The notes under the pieces: generated by a model
Databases searched by the model: none
Seen by the model: only the letters and a program-made list of their open reading frames with translations
Told to the model about the DNA's origin: nothing
Program-made: the position numbers and the translations under genes
Part shown: piece after piece, positions 46,279-56,270 of the stretch
Layout: each line of letters opens with the position of its first letter
Numbering within the stretch: position 1 is the stretch's first letter
From: Candidatus Eiseniibacteriota bacterium
GTDB lineage: Bacteria; Orphanbacterota; Orphanbacteria; Orphanbacterales; Orphanbacteraceae
NCBI GenBank assembly: GCA_043809585.1
Contig: JBDROZ010000097.1
Location: 1 to 56,270 of the forward strand
DNA: 56,270 bases
Reading direction: 5' to 3'

Positions 46279-48084
46279 TCAGGGACTCGGACGGATCTCG
46301 AACTCGAGAATCGCCGTCCGGGTCCCTTTCACGTTCTCCGAATAATACCGGTGCTGGTAGGCGGCGGCGAGGGCGGGCCCTTCGAAGGCCCGCGCCGAGC
46401 TCCTGATGATCCGCGCGTCTTCCACGCGCCCTTCCCGGTTCACTTCGACTTCCACCTTGACCTTCCCCTTCGGCCGGTCTTCCCCCTCCAGAATGGGGTA
46501 GGCCGGGTCCGCGGTTCTCCAGGCTTCGAGGGGCCCCGGCGGTCCCATGAGCGTGAAGACTCCTTCCTCCCCCTCGCCCGAGAGGCTCCCCTCGGAACCG
46601 GCCGGAAGGAGCCCGCCCTCGTCTCCGGGCTCACCGGCGGCTTCGGCGATCACGGCCACGGAATCGGTCGTCTCCGGATGGGCCTCCTCCCAGAGGACGA
46701 CCCACGCCTCCAGCGACTCGGGCGGGGCCGTGACATCTCCCCGGTCGAGAACTTCCGTGGCGGCCGGGCTCTTCGGGTACTTCCGGACCATCAGCCGGAG
46801 AAGCGAGTCCTTCTCGGCTTCCCGGCCTTCCATCCGCTCCAGGATGTACGCCCGGGCGGCGAGGGCCCGCGGGGCGAAGCGGGAACCGGGGAAGCCGTCC
46901 GAGACGTGCCGGTACCGGAGGAGCGCCGAATCGGGCTGTTCGAAGAAGAAGAGATCGTTTTCGGCAAGGAGGAAATGGACCCGGGCCGTGTCGGCTCCCC
47001 CCGCGGCGTAATCGACCTTCAGTTGCAGATAGTCGCCGAGGAACTTCGATTTCCGGCCGGCCTCCTCCTTCAGGTCTTCCTCCCCGGGATAGGAGACCGC
47101 CTTCCGGTACGCCGCCGCCGCCGAATCCTTGTTGTCGTACTCTTCCAGGTAGATCTCGCCGAGCAGGTAGGCGATCTTGCCCGCCGCGTCGTTCGACGGG
47201 GCTCCCTCGAGGGCGCTCCGGAGAAACTCGACGCCCTCCTCCAGCCGTCCCTCGGCGATCATCGCCTTCCCCTCGTAGTACTCGATCCGGATCGAGTCGT
47301 TGACGCTCCCGGTTTCACTCCGGATCTCGTCAAGTACCCGGAAAGCCTCGTCGAAACGGCCCTGATCGACGAGGGCGTCCGACAGGTCGAGCACGGCCTG
47401 CAGCCGCTCCTGGCCGGCGAGGAGGGGGTTTTCCAGACGGTCCCGGAGGACCCGCTCCGCCTTGGCGCTCTCGTTCAGGTTCCGGTACGACTCCCCGAGC
47501 TGAGCGAGCACTTCGTCCCGGCTTCGGGTCCCCTTCCCCTGGGCGAGATACAGTTCGAACCCTTCCGCCGCGCCCGCGTAGTTCTCCCGCTCGAACTCGA
47601 CGAGGGCGAGGAGGTAGAGCGCCTCGGCGCGGAGATCGTCCTTCTTCCCCTCCCGGAACTCCTGGAGGACCGGGACCGCATCGTCGAACTGCTCGAGGGC
47701 GACCAGGGTCCGGGCCTTGCCGAACCGGGCCTGCCGCCGGAGGTTCGACTTTTCGTAATAGAGGAGGATCTCGTCGAACTTGCGGAGCGCGGCCAGATAA
47801 TCCCCTTTCGCGTAGAAGCGCTTCCCCATGAGGAGGATCGCGTCGTCCACCCACCGGGAATCGGGGTACTCGAGGATCACTTTGGCGCACTTCTGCATCG
47901 ACTTCTCGTACATGTCGAGACCGACCGTCGAGCGCCGATCCTCCGCCGCCGCGGTGCGGGACTTCTCCGCCTGCGCATAATACTGGCGCGCGTGATAGAA
48001 GGTGTTGTAGTACGCGCACGAACCCGCGCCCGTGAGGAGGAGGAAGGCCAGGATGGCGGCGGTAAGGCGGACGTCTCGGGTCAT
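46279..48084 (-). CDS. TPR-repeat lipoprotein (PorW/SprE-like N-terminus) with C-terminal TonB_C-like domain
   Basis: Lipobox-like AGSC followed by AYYNTFYHA, YPDSRWVDDA, TPR helices, and C-terminal PAYP...GKVKVEVEVNREGRVEDARIIRSS..F..AL.A. Confidence 0.75.
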   Translation of the reverse strand: MTRDVRLTAAILAFLLLTGAGSCAYYNTFYHARQYYAQAEKSRTAAAEDRRSTVGLDMYEKSMQKCAKVILEYPDSRWVDDAILLMGKRFYAKGDYLAALRKFDEILLYYEKSNLRRQARFGKARTLVALEQFDDAVPVLQEFREGKKDDLRAEALYLLALVEFERENYAGAAEGFELYLAQGKGTRSRDEVLAQLGESYRNLNESAKAERVLRDRLENPLLAGQERLQAVLDLSDALVDQGRFDEAFRVLDEIRSETGSVNDSIRIEYYEGKAMIAEGRLEEGVEFLRSALEGAPSNDAAGKIAYLLGEIYLEEYDNKDSAAAAYRKAVSYPGEEDLKEEAGRKSKFLGDYLQLKVDYAAGGADTARVHFLLAENDLFFFEQPDSALLRYRHVSDGFPGSRFAPRALAARAYILERMEGREAEKDSLLRLMVRKYPKSPAATEVLDRGDVTAPPESLEAWVVLWEEAHPETTDSVAVIAEAAGEPGDEGGLLPAGSEGSLSGEGEEGVFTLMGPPGPLEAWRTADPAYPILEGEDRPKGKVKVEVEVNREGRVEDARIIRSSARAFEGPALAAAYQHRYYSENVKGTRTAILEFEIRPSP

Positions 48085-49400
48085 CACGCTTCTTCGTCGG
48101 GGAAGGCTCCGGCCCCCCCCCGCTCGGGGCCGTCCAACCGGCGGTCGCCGATGAGAACGCATATCACGACGCCGAAGAGACGCTCTCCGGCGAAGGGCGT
48201 GTTCCGGGAAATCGACTGGAGCCGGTACGGGTCGACCACCCACGACGCGTCGGGATCGAAGAGCGTGAGCGACGCCTCCGCCCCCTCGACGAGACCGGGA
48301 TGATCGAGGCCGATGATCCGGGCGGGGCCGGAGGTGAGGCGCTCGATCAACGCCGGGAGGCCGAGGTGCCCCGTTCGCACGAGATAGGTGATCGCCACGG
48401 GAAGGGCCGTTTCGAGGCCGAGCACGCCGAAGGGGGCCTCGTCGAACTCGACATCCTTCTCGTGGGCCGGGTGGGGGGCGTGGTCGGTGGCGATCGCGTC
48501 GAGTACCCCTTCGGCCAGCCCTTTACGGAGGGCGTCCCGGTCCGCCGCCGACCGGATCGGCGGATTCATCTTGCGGTTCGTGTCGTATCCGGCGAGGGAC
48601 TGGTCGGTGAGGGCGAGATAGTGGGGGGCGGTCTCGCCGGTCACGAAGAGCCCCTTCTCCTTCGCCCGCCGGATGATCTCGACGCCTCCCGCCGTCGAGA
48701 CGTGGCAGACGTGCAGTCGCCCCCCCGTCATCTCCGCGAGCCGCACGTCCCGGTCGATGGCGGCGGTTTCGCTTTCCGACGGGATCCCCCGGAGGCCGAG
48801 CCGGAGGCTCATCTCCCCCTCGTGCATGACGCCCCCCCGGGAGAGTTCCGGGATCTCGGCGTGGGTCATGACGGGGATGTCGAACATGCGGGTGTACTCG
48901 AGGGCCCGCCGCATGAGCCGGGGGTTCTCGACGGCGTCCCCGTCGTCGGTGACCGCCACGGCGCCCGCCCGGACCAGTTCGCCGATCTCCGAGAGCCGCC
49001 CCCCCTTGCGGCCGGACGTGACCGCCGCCACGGGGAGCACCTTCACCGGTCCCGCCTCCGCCGCCCGCTCGAGGATGAAGCGGACCGTGCCGGCGTTGTC
49101 CATGGGCGGGTCCGTGTTCGGCATGCACGCCACGGCGCCGAAGCCGCCCGCCGAGGCCGCCCGGGTCCCGGACTCGATCGTCTCGGCGTCCTCCCGGCCG
49201 GGCTCGCGAAGATGCACGTGGAGGTCGACGAAAGAGGGAGAGAGCACCATTCCCTTCCCCTCGATCGTCTCCGTATCCCCTTCGGGACGGAGGTCGCCGC
49301 CGATCTTCGCGATCCTCCCCTTCTCGATGAGGACGTCTCCGGTCCGGTCGATCCCGTTCGCCGGATCGAGGAGACGGGCCCCCTTAACCAACCTTGCCAT
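48084..49400 (-). CDS. pyrC: Dihydroorotase
   Basis: [39 protein letters not shown]. Confidence 0.96.
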   Translation of the reverse strand: MARLVKGARLLDPANGIDRTGDVLIEKGRIAKIGGDLRPEGDTETIEGKGMVLSPSFVDLHVHLREPGREDAETIESGTRAASAGGFGAVACMPNTDPPMDNAGTVRFILERAAEAGPVKVLPVAAVTSGRKGGRLSEIGELVRAGAVAVTDDGDAVENPRLMRRALEYTRMFDIPVMTHAEIPELSRGGVMHEGEMSLRLGLRGIPSESETAAIDRDVRLAEMTGGRLHVCHVSTAGGVEIIRRAKEKGLFVTGETAPHYLALTDQSLAGYDTNRKMNPPIRSAADRDALRKGLAEGVLDAIATDHAPHPAHEKDVEFDEAPFGVLGLETALPVAITYLVRTGHLGLPALIERLTSGPARIIGLDHPGLVEGAEASLTLFDPDASWVVDPYRLQSISRNTPFAGERLFGVVICVLIGDRRLDGPERGGAGAFPDEEA

Positions 49401-50325
49401 GTTCCACCTCGCCGCCGGTAAGAAGGTAGATCACCGCCATGCGGACCGCGACGCCGTTCGTCACTTGATCGAGGATCACCGACCGAGGGCCGTCCGCCAC
49501 GTCCGGGTCGAGTTCGACGCCCCGGTTGATCGGTCCCGGATGCATGATGAGGCAGCTCGGTTTCATCTTCTCCGCCCGGGCCCGGTTGATCCCGAAAAAC
49601 CGGGCGTACTCGCGCAGGGAAGGGAGGAAGAACCCGTCCTGCCTCTCCTGTTGGATCCGGAGCACCATGACCACGTCCGCCCCGTCGATCGCCCGGTCCA
49701 CGTCGGTGTCGATCGAGACGCCGAGGCTCTCGAACTCCGCGGGCAGGAGCGTGCGGGGGCCGCAGAGGGTCACCTTCGCGCCGAGCGTGTTCAGGCCGAA
49801 GATGTTCGACCGGGCCACGCGGCTGTGGAGCACGTCGCCGACGATCACCACCCGGAGCCCTTCGAGTCCGCCGAACCGCTCGCGCATGGTGAAGAGGTCG
49901 AGAAGCCCCTGGGTCGGGTGTTCGTGGGCGCCGTCGCCGGCGTTCACGACCGACGCTTCGAGCCGGGATGCGAGAAAGTGAGGCGCGCCGGCGGCGGAGT
50001 GGCGCACGATCAGGAAGTCCATCTTCATGGCCTGGAGGTTGCGCACGGTGTCGAGGAGGGTTTCCCCCTTGCTCGCGCTCGAACCGGTTTTCGAAATGGA
50101 AACCGAATCGGCGGAGAGTCTCTTCTCCGCCAGCTCGAAGGAGATGCGGGTGCGCGTGCTCGGCTCGTAGAAGAAATTGACCGCCGTCTTTCCCCGGAGG
50201 GTCGGCACCTTCGGGATCTTCCGCTCGAGAACCTCCTTGAAGGACTCCGCCGTGTTCAGGATCAGCTCGATCTCGTCCCGGGACATTCCCTCGAGACCGA
50301 GCAGGTCTTTCCGCGCGAGTTTCAC
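49384..50325 (-). CDS. pyrB: Aspartate carbamoyltransferase catalytic subunit
   Basis: [39 protein letters not shown]. Confidence 0.97.
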   Translation of the reverse strand: MKLARKDLLGLEGMSRDEIELILNTAESFKEVLERKIPKVPTLRGKTAVNFFYEPSTRTRISFELAEKRLSADSVSISKTGSSASKGETLLDTVRNLQAMKMDFLIVRHSAAGAPHFLASRLEASVVNAGDGAHEHPTQGLLDLFTMRERFGGLEGLRVVIVGDVLHSRVARSNIFGLNTLGAKVTLCGPRTLLPAEFESLGVSIDTDVDRAIDGADVVMVLRIQQERQDGFFLPSLREYARFFGINRARAEKMKPSCLIMHPGPINRGVELDPDVADGPRSVILDQVTNGVAVRMAVIYLLTGGEVEHGKVG

Positions 50326-50864
50326 ATCGATGCCTCCCGCAGGAATACGCCGTCTTCTCCGTCTTTCTCCCGGACCATTACGTCCACCACCTGTGTTTCC
50401 GAGGTGGGGACCACTTCTCCCGTGAAGTCGGCCGCGATCGGCAGCTCCCGGTGTCCCCGATCGACGAGAACCGCGAGCCAGATACGCTTCGGCCGGCCGA
50501 AGTCGATGATCTCGTCGAGGGCCGCGCGAACGGTCCGCCCCGTGTAGAGCACATCGTCGACGAGCACGAGGATCTTCTCTTCCACGTCGAAGGGGATCTC
50601 GGTTCCCCGGATCACGGGCTGGGGACCGATCGCTTGCAGATCATCACGATACAACGTGATGTCCATAATGCCAAGGGGAACCGCCTGCCCCACGATCCCC
50701 TTCATCTCGTCGACGAGTCTCTTCGCGAGGTGGGCGCCCCGGGTCCGGATGCCCACCACCACGAGGTCGTCGATGCCCCGGTTCTTCTCCAGAATTTCGT
50801 GGGCGAGACGCGTGATCGCCCACTGCATCTCCCGTTCGCCCAGAATCGTCGTTCTTGGCGTCAC
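50322..50864 (-). CDS. pyrR: Pyrimidine regulatory protein / uracil phosphoribosyltransferase
   Basis: [47 protein letters not shown] overlap with larC. Confidence 0.96.
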   Translation of the reverse strand: MTPRTTILGEREMQWAITRLAHEILEKNRGIDDLVVVGIRTRGAHLAKRLVDEMKGIVGQAVPLGIMDITLYRDDLQAIGPQPVIRGTEIPFDVEEKILVLVDDVLYTGRTVRAALDEIIDFGRPKRIWLAVLVDRGHRELPIAADFTGEVVPTSETQVVDVMVREKDGEDGVFLREASM

Positions 50865-52030
50865 TCCTTCTCCTCTCCGTCTCGGAGCGCATCTTCCCAC
50901 ACCCGCAGGAAGGGGACGCTCCGCCGCCGCGCGACGGCGGCGCAGTCCTCGTATTCGGGGGCGAGACGCACACGCCCCCCCGGAAGCACGGCCCGTTTGA
51001 AGCGGATCGGCCCGAAACGCGTCTCCCTCTCCACCACCTCCCGGTCCGCGACGATCCGCTCCGTCTCCCGGATCCGGATCCCGAGCGTGCCGGTCTCGTC
51101 CATGAGCAGGCGGGCGAGCCGGTCCCGGTCCTCCGGCCGGACGATCAGGGTGAGCCTGTGGCCCGGCCGGTTCTTCTTCATGATCACGGGCGCCGCCGTC
51201 ACATCGAGGGCGCCCTCCTCGAAGGCCCTCTCGAAGAGGTGCCCGATCACCTCGGCCGGGACGTCGTCCACGTCCGTCTCGAGGAGGAGGACCAGGTCCG
51301 TCCCGGGCGCCCGGACCGTCTCCCCGAGGGTAAGGCGGAGCACGTTGGGCGCCTCCCGGCGCTCGGCTTCCCCCACGCCGTAGCCGACCCGATCCACCCG
51401 GAACGGGGGAGGCGGCCCGAATCGTTCGGTGAGACCGACGAGGAGGGCGGCCCCCGTCGGGGTCAGCAGCTCCCCCTCCACCTCGCTCGGACGGCATTCG
51501 CGGCCGCGGAGAACCTCCACCGTCGCGGGCGCGGGCACGGGGAGTACGCCGTGGGCGGCCCGGACCGTCCCCCGGCCGGTCACCGGGGGGGCGGCGTAGA
51601 CGCGCTCCACGCCGAGGCGGTGAAGGCCGGCCACGGCCCCCACGATGTCCACGATCGAGTCGACGGCCCCCACCTCGTGGAAGTGGACCTTCTCGAGCGC
51701 GATCCGGTGGACGGCCGCTTCCGCCTCTCCGAGAAGACGGAAAACGGCCACCGCCCGCTCCTTCACGGCCCCCGGAAGGGCCGACCCCTCGATGGCCGCG
51801 GCGATCTCCGGGAAGCCCCGGTGTTTGCCCCTCGCTTCGGGGATCACCCGAACCCCGGTGCCGCCGATGCCGTGCCGGGAGCGGGGCTCCGGCTCGATCC
51901 GGAACGGCTCGAGAGCGAGCGAGGAGAGGTCCGACCGGAGGTCGTCCAGGGGAAGTCCCCCGTCGAGGAGCGAGCCGAGGATCATGTCGCCGCTCGCTCC
52001 GGAGGGGCCGTCGAAGAAGGCGATCTTCAT
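50861..52030 (-). CDS. larC: Nickel-pincer cofactor biosynthesis protein LarC
   Basis: SGASGDM, HFHEVGAVDSIVD, AHGVLPVPAPAT, TPTGAA, MKKNRPG, PEYEDC. Confidence 0.95.
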   Translation of the reverse strand: MKIAFFDGPSGASGDMILGSLLDGGLPLDDLRSDLSSLALEPFRIEPEPRSRHGIGGTGVRVIPEARGKHRGFPEIAAAIEGSALPGAVKERAVAVFRLLGEAEAAVHRIALEKVHFHEVGAVDSIVDIVGAVAGLHRLGVERVYAAPPVTGRGTVRAAHGVLPVPAPATVEVLRGRECRPSEVEGELLTPTGAALLVGLTERFGPPPPFRVDRVGYGVGEAERREAPNVLRLTLGETVRAPGTDLVLLLETDVDDVPAEVIGHLFERAFEEGALDVTAAPVIMKKNRPGHRLTLIVRPEDRDRLARLLMDETGTLGIRIRETERIVADREVVERETRFGPIRFKRAVLPGGRVRLAPEYEDCAAVARRRSVPFLRVWEDALRDGEEKE

Positions 52031-52785
52031 TCGCGCCTCGGGCCGGATTGGAGGATGCGATGGGCGGCGCAGGCGGCGCCGAAGCCGTTGTCGATGTTAA
52101 CGACAACGGCCCCGGAGGCGCAAGAGTTGAGCATCCCGAAGAGGGCGGTGATGCCGCCGAGGGCGGTCCCGTACCCGACGGAGGTGGGGACGCCGATCAC
52201 GGGGACCCGGACGAGACCGGCCACGACGGAGACCAGGGCCCCCTCCATGCCGGCGACCACGATGAGCGCCGGGGCCCCGTCGATCGCCCCCCGGGCGTCC
52301 CGGAGGCGGTGGATGCCGGCGACCCCCACATCGTAGACCGGGCGGGGCTCGTGGCCGAAGAGCCGAAGGGTCTCGGCCGCCTCCTCGGCGACGGGCATGT
52401 CCGACGTGCCGGCCGTCAGGATCGGAACCACGCTCCCCTTCGCCGGCTCCTTCACGATCTTCGTCGCCGTCCGGGCGAGCCGGTTGTAGCGCACCCCCTC
52501 GACCGCCTTATCGAGGAAGGCGAAAGACTCGGGCGAGAGCCGCGTGGCGAGAAGGTTCGAACCGTGATCGACGATGGACCGGGCGATTCCCGCCACCTGC
52601 TCCGGGGTCTTCCCTTCGCAGAAAATCGCCTCCGGCCAGCCTTGACGAAGGGATCGATGGTGGTCGACGCGGGCGAACTCGAGGTCCTCGAAGGGGAGGT
52701 GGCGGAGACGGTCGAGGGCGGAGGCGACGTCCATGTGGCCCGCCCTCACCTCCTCGAGCATCTCCCGGAGAAGGTCATGATCCAT
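52027..52785 (-). CDS. larB: Nickel-pincer cofactor biosynthesis protein LarB
   Basis: ARVDHHR, AGTSD.PVAEEA, DVGVAGIHRL, PTSVGYG, VVNIDNGFGAA. Confidence 0.96.
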   Translation of the reverse strand: MDHDLLREMLEEVRAGHMDVASALDRLRHLPFEDLEFARVDHHRSLRQGWPEAIFCEGKTPEQVAGIARSIVDHGSNLLATRLSPESFAFLDKAVEGVRYNRLARTATKIVKEPAKGSVVPILTAGTSDMPVAEEAAETLRLFGHEPRPVYDVGVAGIHRLRDARGAIDGAPALIVVAGMEGALVSVVAGLVRVPVIGVPTSVGYGTALGGITALFGMLNSCASGAVVVNIDNGFGAACAAHRILQSGPRRE

Positions 52786-53752
52786 GTGCCGCTCCCGCGG
52801 CGAGACGGCCGAAGAAGCCGGAAACGCTTTCCTCGAGTTCCTCCCGCGATTCGATCCTGTTCGCTCGGTTCCGGAAGGCGGCGCTCCCCGGGAATCCCCT
52901 GACGTAGCACGAGAGGTGGCGGCGAAACTCGCGGATTCCCACGACCGGCCCCCGGTCCTCGATCTGGAGGGCGAGGTGGTCGAGGATCGTGCGGAGCCGC
53001 CCGGCGGCGTCCGGCTCCCCGGCGTCCTCTCCGTCGGCGATGGACCGGAAGATCCAGGGATTGCCGATCGAGGCCCGGCCGACCATCACCGCGGCGCATC
53101 CGGTCTCCTTCATCCGCCGCTTCGCGATCGCCGCGCTCGTCACGTCCCCGTTCCCGATCACCGGGATGGAGACCGCCTTCACCGCTTCTTCGATCCACCC
53201 CCAGTTCGCCTCCCCTCCGTAGCCCTGAGTGCGGGTCCGGCCGTGCACGGTGAGGGCCGCACCCCCCTCCCCCTCCACGATCCGGGCGATCTCGGAAACC
53301 ACGATGGACTTCTCGCTCCAACCGGCCCGGATCTTCGCCGTCACGGGGGTCGCCACCGCCGCCGTCACCGCCTTCACGATCGCCCGAACCTTCGCGGGGC
53401 TTTTCAGGAGGGCCGCCCCCTTGTCGTTCTTCGTGAATTTGGGGACCGGGCAGCCGAAGTTCAGGTCGATCACGTCGGGGGCGACCAGATCCTCGACGAT
53501 CCGGGCGGCCACGGCGACGCGCTCCGGATCGCACCCGAAGATCTGCACGCCCATCGGCCGCTCCTCCGGGTCGAAACGGGACATCTCGAGGGTGCGCGCG
53601 TTCATCTGGAAGAGTCCGTCGGAAGAGATGGTTTCGGAGAATACGATGGACGCGCCGAACCGCCGGCAGATCTTCCGGAACGGCCGGGTCGTGACGCCAC
53701 AAAGGGGCGCGAGAAACGCCCCCTCGTCGATTTGGAGGTTTCCCAGATTCAT
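52775..53752 (-). CDS. dusB: tRNA-dihydrouridine synthase
   Basis: LAPLCGVT, DLNFGCP, KIRAGW, VHGRT, NGDV, GRASIGNPWIF. Confidence 0.92.
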   Translation of the reverse strand: MNLGNLQIDEGAFLAPLCGVTTRPFRKICRRFGASIVFSETISSDGLFQMNARTLEMSRFDPEERPMGVQIFGCDPERVAVAARIVEDLVAPDVIDLNFGCPVPKFTKNDKGAALLKSPAKVRAIVKAVTAAVATPVTAKIRAGWSEKSIVVSEIARIVEGEGGAALTVHGRTRTQGYGGEANWGWIEEAVKAVSIPVIGNGDVTSAAIAKRRMKETGCAAVMVGRASIGNPWIFRSIADGEDAGEPDAAGRLRTILDHLALQIEDRGPVVGIREFRRHLSCYVRGFPGSAAFRNRANRIESREELEESVSGFFGRLAAGAAHGS

Positions 53753-53774
53753 GGCTCGCCGAAAGACCCCGCGA

Positions 53775-55439
53775 TCACTCCCGCGCGGCTCCGCTCTCGC
53801 CGGCCCGGACGGTGACGTCCAGGCTGTCCCCCGCCGTTTCGCCCGCCGCGACCGCCGCGTCCTCTTCCTTCTCCCGCTGGAGCCGCCACTCCTCGGAGAG
53901 GGCGAAAAGGGCGTCCAGGTCACCGGCCCGGCGGAACAGATCGAAAGTCCCCTGGAGCTGGGTGTCGTAGGCGGTCATGACCCGGTAGGCCGCCTGATCG
54001 CCGAACTCCTTGCGATACAACTCCCGTTTGATCCCGTTCCGGATGTACGGCTCCGACTCGGTCCACTCCTCGGCGGTGTACTCCACTTCCTTGTCTTTGA
54101 GGAAGCCTTCGAACTGGGCGACCGACTCCTCGTCCGGCTCCCAACCCTCCGTGATGTTGTGGTAAGGATAGTACTCGACGCCGAAGGTAAAGAAGAGTCC
54201 CCGGCGCTCGATACGCGCCTCGAGGGCCTCCATCTTTCGCTGTTCGATCTCGATGTCCGGCGATATGCCGCCCCCGCCGTACACGGACCGCCCCGCGTTC
54301 GTGTGGAAGATCTCCCGCTCGGCCCCTTCCTTCTCGGCAGCGCCGGCGACGGCGTCCGGGTCCTCCCGGTCGAACTCGTCCCGGTGGATGCACCGGCCGC
54401 TCGGCGTGTAGTACTTGGCCGTGGTCAGCTTCAGGCCCGTCGACTCGTCGAGGGGGATCACGGACTGAACCGATCCTTTGCCGAAGGTGGTCCGCCCCAC
54501 CACGAGGCCCCTGTCCCAGTCCTGCACCGCACCGGAGACGATCTCCGAGGCGCTCGCCGAGTGCTCGTCCACGAGCACCACGAGAGGGTAGCGCCGGTGC
54601 CGGCTGTCGCTCTGATCATAAAAGCGGTTGTTCGCGTTCCGCTTCCGCCCCTGGGTGTAGGTGATCATCTGGCCGCTGTCGAGGAAGAGGTCCGAGACCA
54701 TCACCGCCTGGTCGAGGAGACCGCCCGGATTGGAGCGGAGATCGACGACGAGGCCGCTCATGCCGAGGGCCTCGAGGCTGTCGATGGCTTCGTCGAGCTC
54801 CCGGGTCGTGGTCTTCGAGAACTGGGAGACGCGCACGTAGCCGACGCCGTCGTCGGTCACGTACTTGTATGGAACCGACTTCAGCTTGATGATGTCCCGG
54901 GTGATGGTGTACTCGAGGAGTTCCGCCTCCCCTTCCCGGCGGATCTTGATCGTCACCTCGGTCCCCTCGGGACCCCGGAGGAGGTTCACCGCGTCGTCGG
55001 CCGTGAATCCCTTGGTCGACCCCCCTTCGATGTAGAGGATCTGGTCCCCCCCCTGGATGCCCATCCGGTGGGCCGGCGTCCCCTCGATCGGTGCGATCAC
55101 GGTAAGGATCTTGTCGCGAATGGAGATGACGATGCCCAGGCCGCCGAAGCTCCCCTGGGTGCCGGTCATGAGGTCGGAGTACTGTTTCTTGCCGAGGTAC
55201 TGGGTGTGGGCGTCGAGGCTGCCGAGCATCCCCCGGATCGCCTCGTCCACCAGGTCCTCGATGTCCGTTTCCTCCACGTACTCGGTCTGCACGCGGCCGA
55301 GCACTTCGCTGAACCGCTGAAGCTGCCGGTACGCGTTGGTCCGCTCGTCCTTGGCCTCGCTCCGCGACCAGGCCGCCGCGAGCAGAATCAGCAGAACCAG
55401 GATGCCGGGCTTCCACCAGCGGCGGCGGATTTCGGTCAT
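53775..55439 (-). CDS. ctpA: S41-family C-terminal processing peptidase
   Basis: Signal peptide, PDZ GLGI, DLRSNPGGLL, SASASEIVSG, TFGKGSVQ, YYTPSGRCI. Confidence 0.92.
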   Translation of the reverse strand: MTEIRRRWWKPGILVLLILLAAAWSRSEAKDERTNAYRQLQRFSEVLGRVQTEYVEETDIEDLVDEAIRGMLGSLDAHTQYLGKKQYSDLMTGTQGSFGGLGIVISIRDKILTVIAPIEGTPAHRMGIQGGDQILYIEGGSTKGFTADDAVNLLRGPEGTEVTIKIRREGEAELLEYTITRDIIKLKSVPYKYVTDDGVGYVRVSQFSKTTTRELDEAIDSLEALGMSGLVVDLRSNPGGLLDQAVMVSDLFLDSGQMITYTQGRKRNANNRFYDQSDSRHRRYPLVVLVDEHSASASEIVSGAVQDWDRGLVVGRTTFGKGSVQSVIPLDESTGLKLTTAKYYTPSGRCIHRDEFDREDPDAVAGAAEKEGAEREIFHTNAGRSVYGGGGISPDIEIEQRKMEALEARIERRGLFFTFGVEYYPYHNITEGWEPDEESVAQFEGFLKDKEVEYTAEEWTESEPYIRNGIKRELYRKEFGDQAAYRVMTAYDTQLQGTFDLFRRAGDLDALFALSEEWRLQREKEEDAAVAAGETAGDSLDVTVRAGESGAARE

Positions 55440-55671
55440 GGCCGTCTCCTTCTCTTCCCGAACGATGACGGGACGGACAGTACTTGCGCCGTCCGGATCG
55501 TTTTCACACCCCACGGGGCCGCCCCGTTCCGTGGGGGGCGGCGCTTAATCTACAAATATCACAATCTCCCTCCCCCGGCTACCCGTTTCCCCATGGAACG
55601 GAACGATTTCGAGGCCGGGGGCCAATAATTCAGACGAGACTCGGGGCCAATTCGCCAAAGAAATGGTCGAG

Positions 55672-56003
55672 TGGATGGGGAGGATGGGGAGTGCGTGCGA
55701 TGACACGCACTCCCGAGTAGAGGCCAGCGGCGTCCTCATACTTGAGAACGGGCAGGTCCTGTCCGCTCCTGTCCGCTGCGATGCTCGCCAGTCGCACGCC
55801 GTTCTCCTCCTCCGTGCAACGTGAACCGCGCCTAATGCCTTCGCTGACATGACGGTGTGCGGGATCGGGTGCTTGATGGCTGCGCGTCTCGCCTGACGCT
55901 CCTGTCGCGGCCACCCCCCCGTGGTTTCGAATGACCAGCAAGGACTGCCGCCGGAAGGAGAGGAAACGGAAACTGCGGAGCAGGCGGCCCTCCGGCCCGC
56001 CGA
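55672..56003. repeat. Repeat family B long copy including the terminal hairpin (55687-55714)
   Basis: Direct similarity to 17477-17681 and inverted similarity to 19440-19845. Confidence 0.85.
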
Positions 56004-56134
56004 ATTATTCGGGCTCCTCATCAGTCTCACCGCTCTTAGTGCTTCGGAGTGAGGGGGAGACTGACACCGTCCGAGCCCTTCGAAACGGACATTCGGTCCT
56101 ACTCAGGACATGCCTCCGGCCCGGCTTCGATCAT

Positions 56135-56270
56135 CGGCGAGGCGGGGGGGCCGGCTGAGGGAGGGATAGAGGGGCGGACTTGAACGCTCGTCGTGCTGCG
56201 GGAGAGAACCCTCCCATTCTCCGGGCTCGTAGAGGAGGCGCCCAGGAAGACGGCAACAACTCCCCGGTTA
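56135..56270. repeat. Repeat family C, copy 3 (cut by the window end)
   Basis: acgctcgtcgtgctgcgggaga..accctcccattctccggg.cgtagaggaggcg matches about 6873-6929. Confidence 0.88.

Overview
High-GC chromosomal window from a diderm bacterium. FlgD-Ig/T9SS-like C-terminal domains, a PorX-like regulator, Bacteroidota-type LptD and C-terminal 'TWGxVKxLFR' tails suggest an FCB-group candidate phylum such as Eisenbacteria or Krumholzibacteria (inference). The window opens in a large serine recombinase that probably marks the right end of an integrated element. The rest is mostly housekeeping: cobB, lptD, accD, rimI-tsaB-tsaE, a PorX-like regulator with its kinase, serS, a wecA-like gene, a nucleotide-sugar cluster, pyrD, pyrE/F, pyrR-B-C, larB/C, dusB and ctpA, plus secreted hydrolases. 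Four things stand out. (1) An unannotated selenoprotein at 4571-5950 (in-frame UGA in PCGU plus a SECIS-like hairpin) fuses a lipoprotein UshA-like domain to a tetraheme cytochrome c. (2) A GGGGACACAATAC palindrome occurs at two loci and both times lies at the junction of a tandem duplication (105 bp and about 940 bp). (3) Intergenic regions are mosaics of several dispersed structured repeats, one of which brackets a duplicated pair of secreted-protein genes as inverted copies. (4) There is a 187-bp palindromic MITE-like element. No rRNA, tRNA or CRISPR array was recognised. Coordinates and alignments were read by eye.
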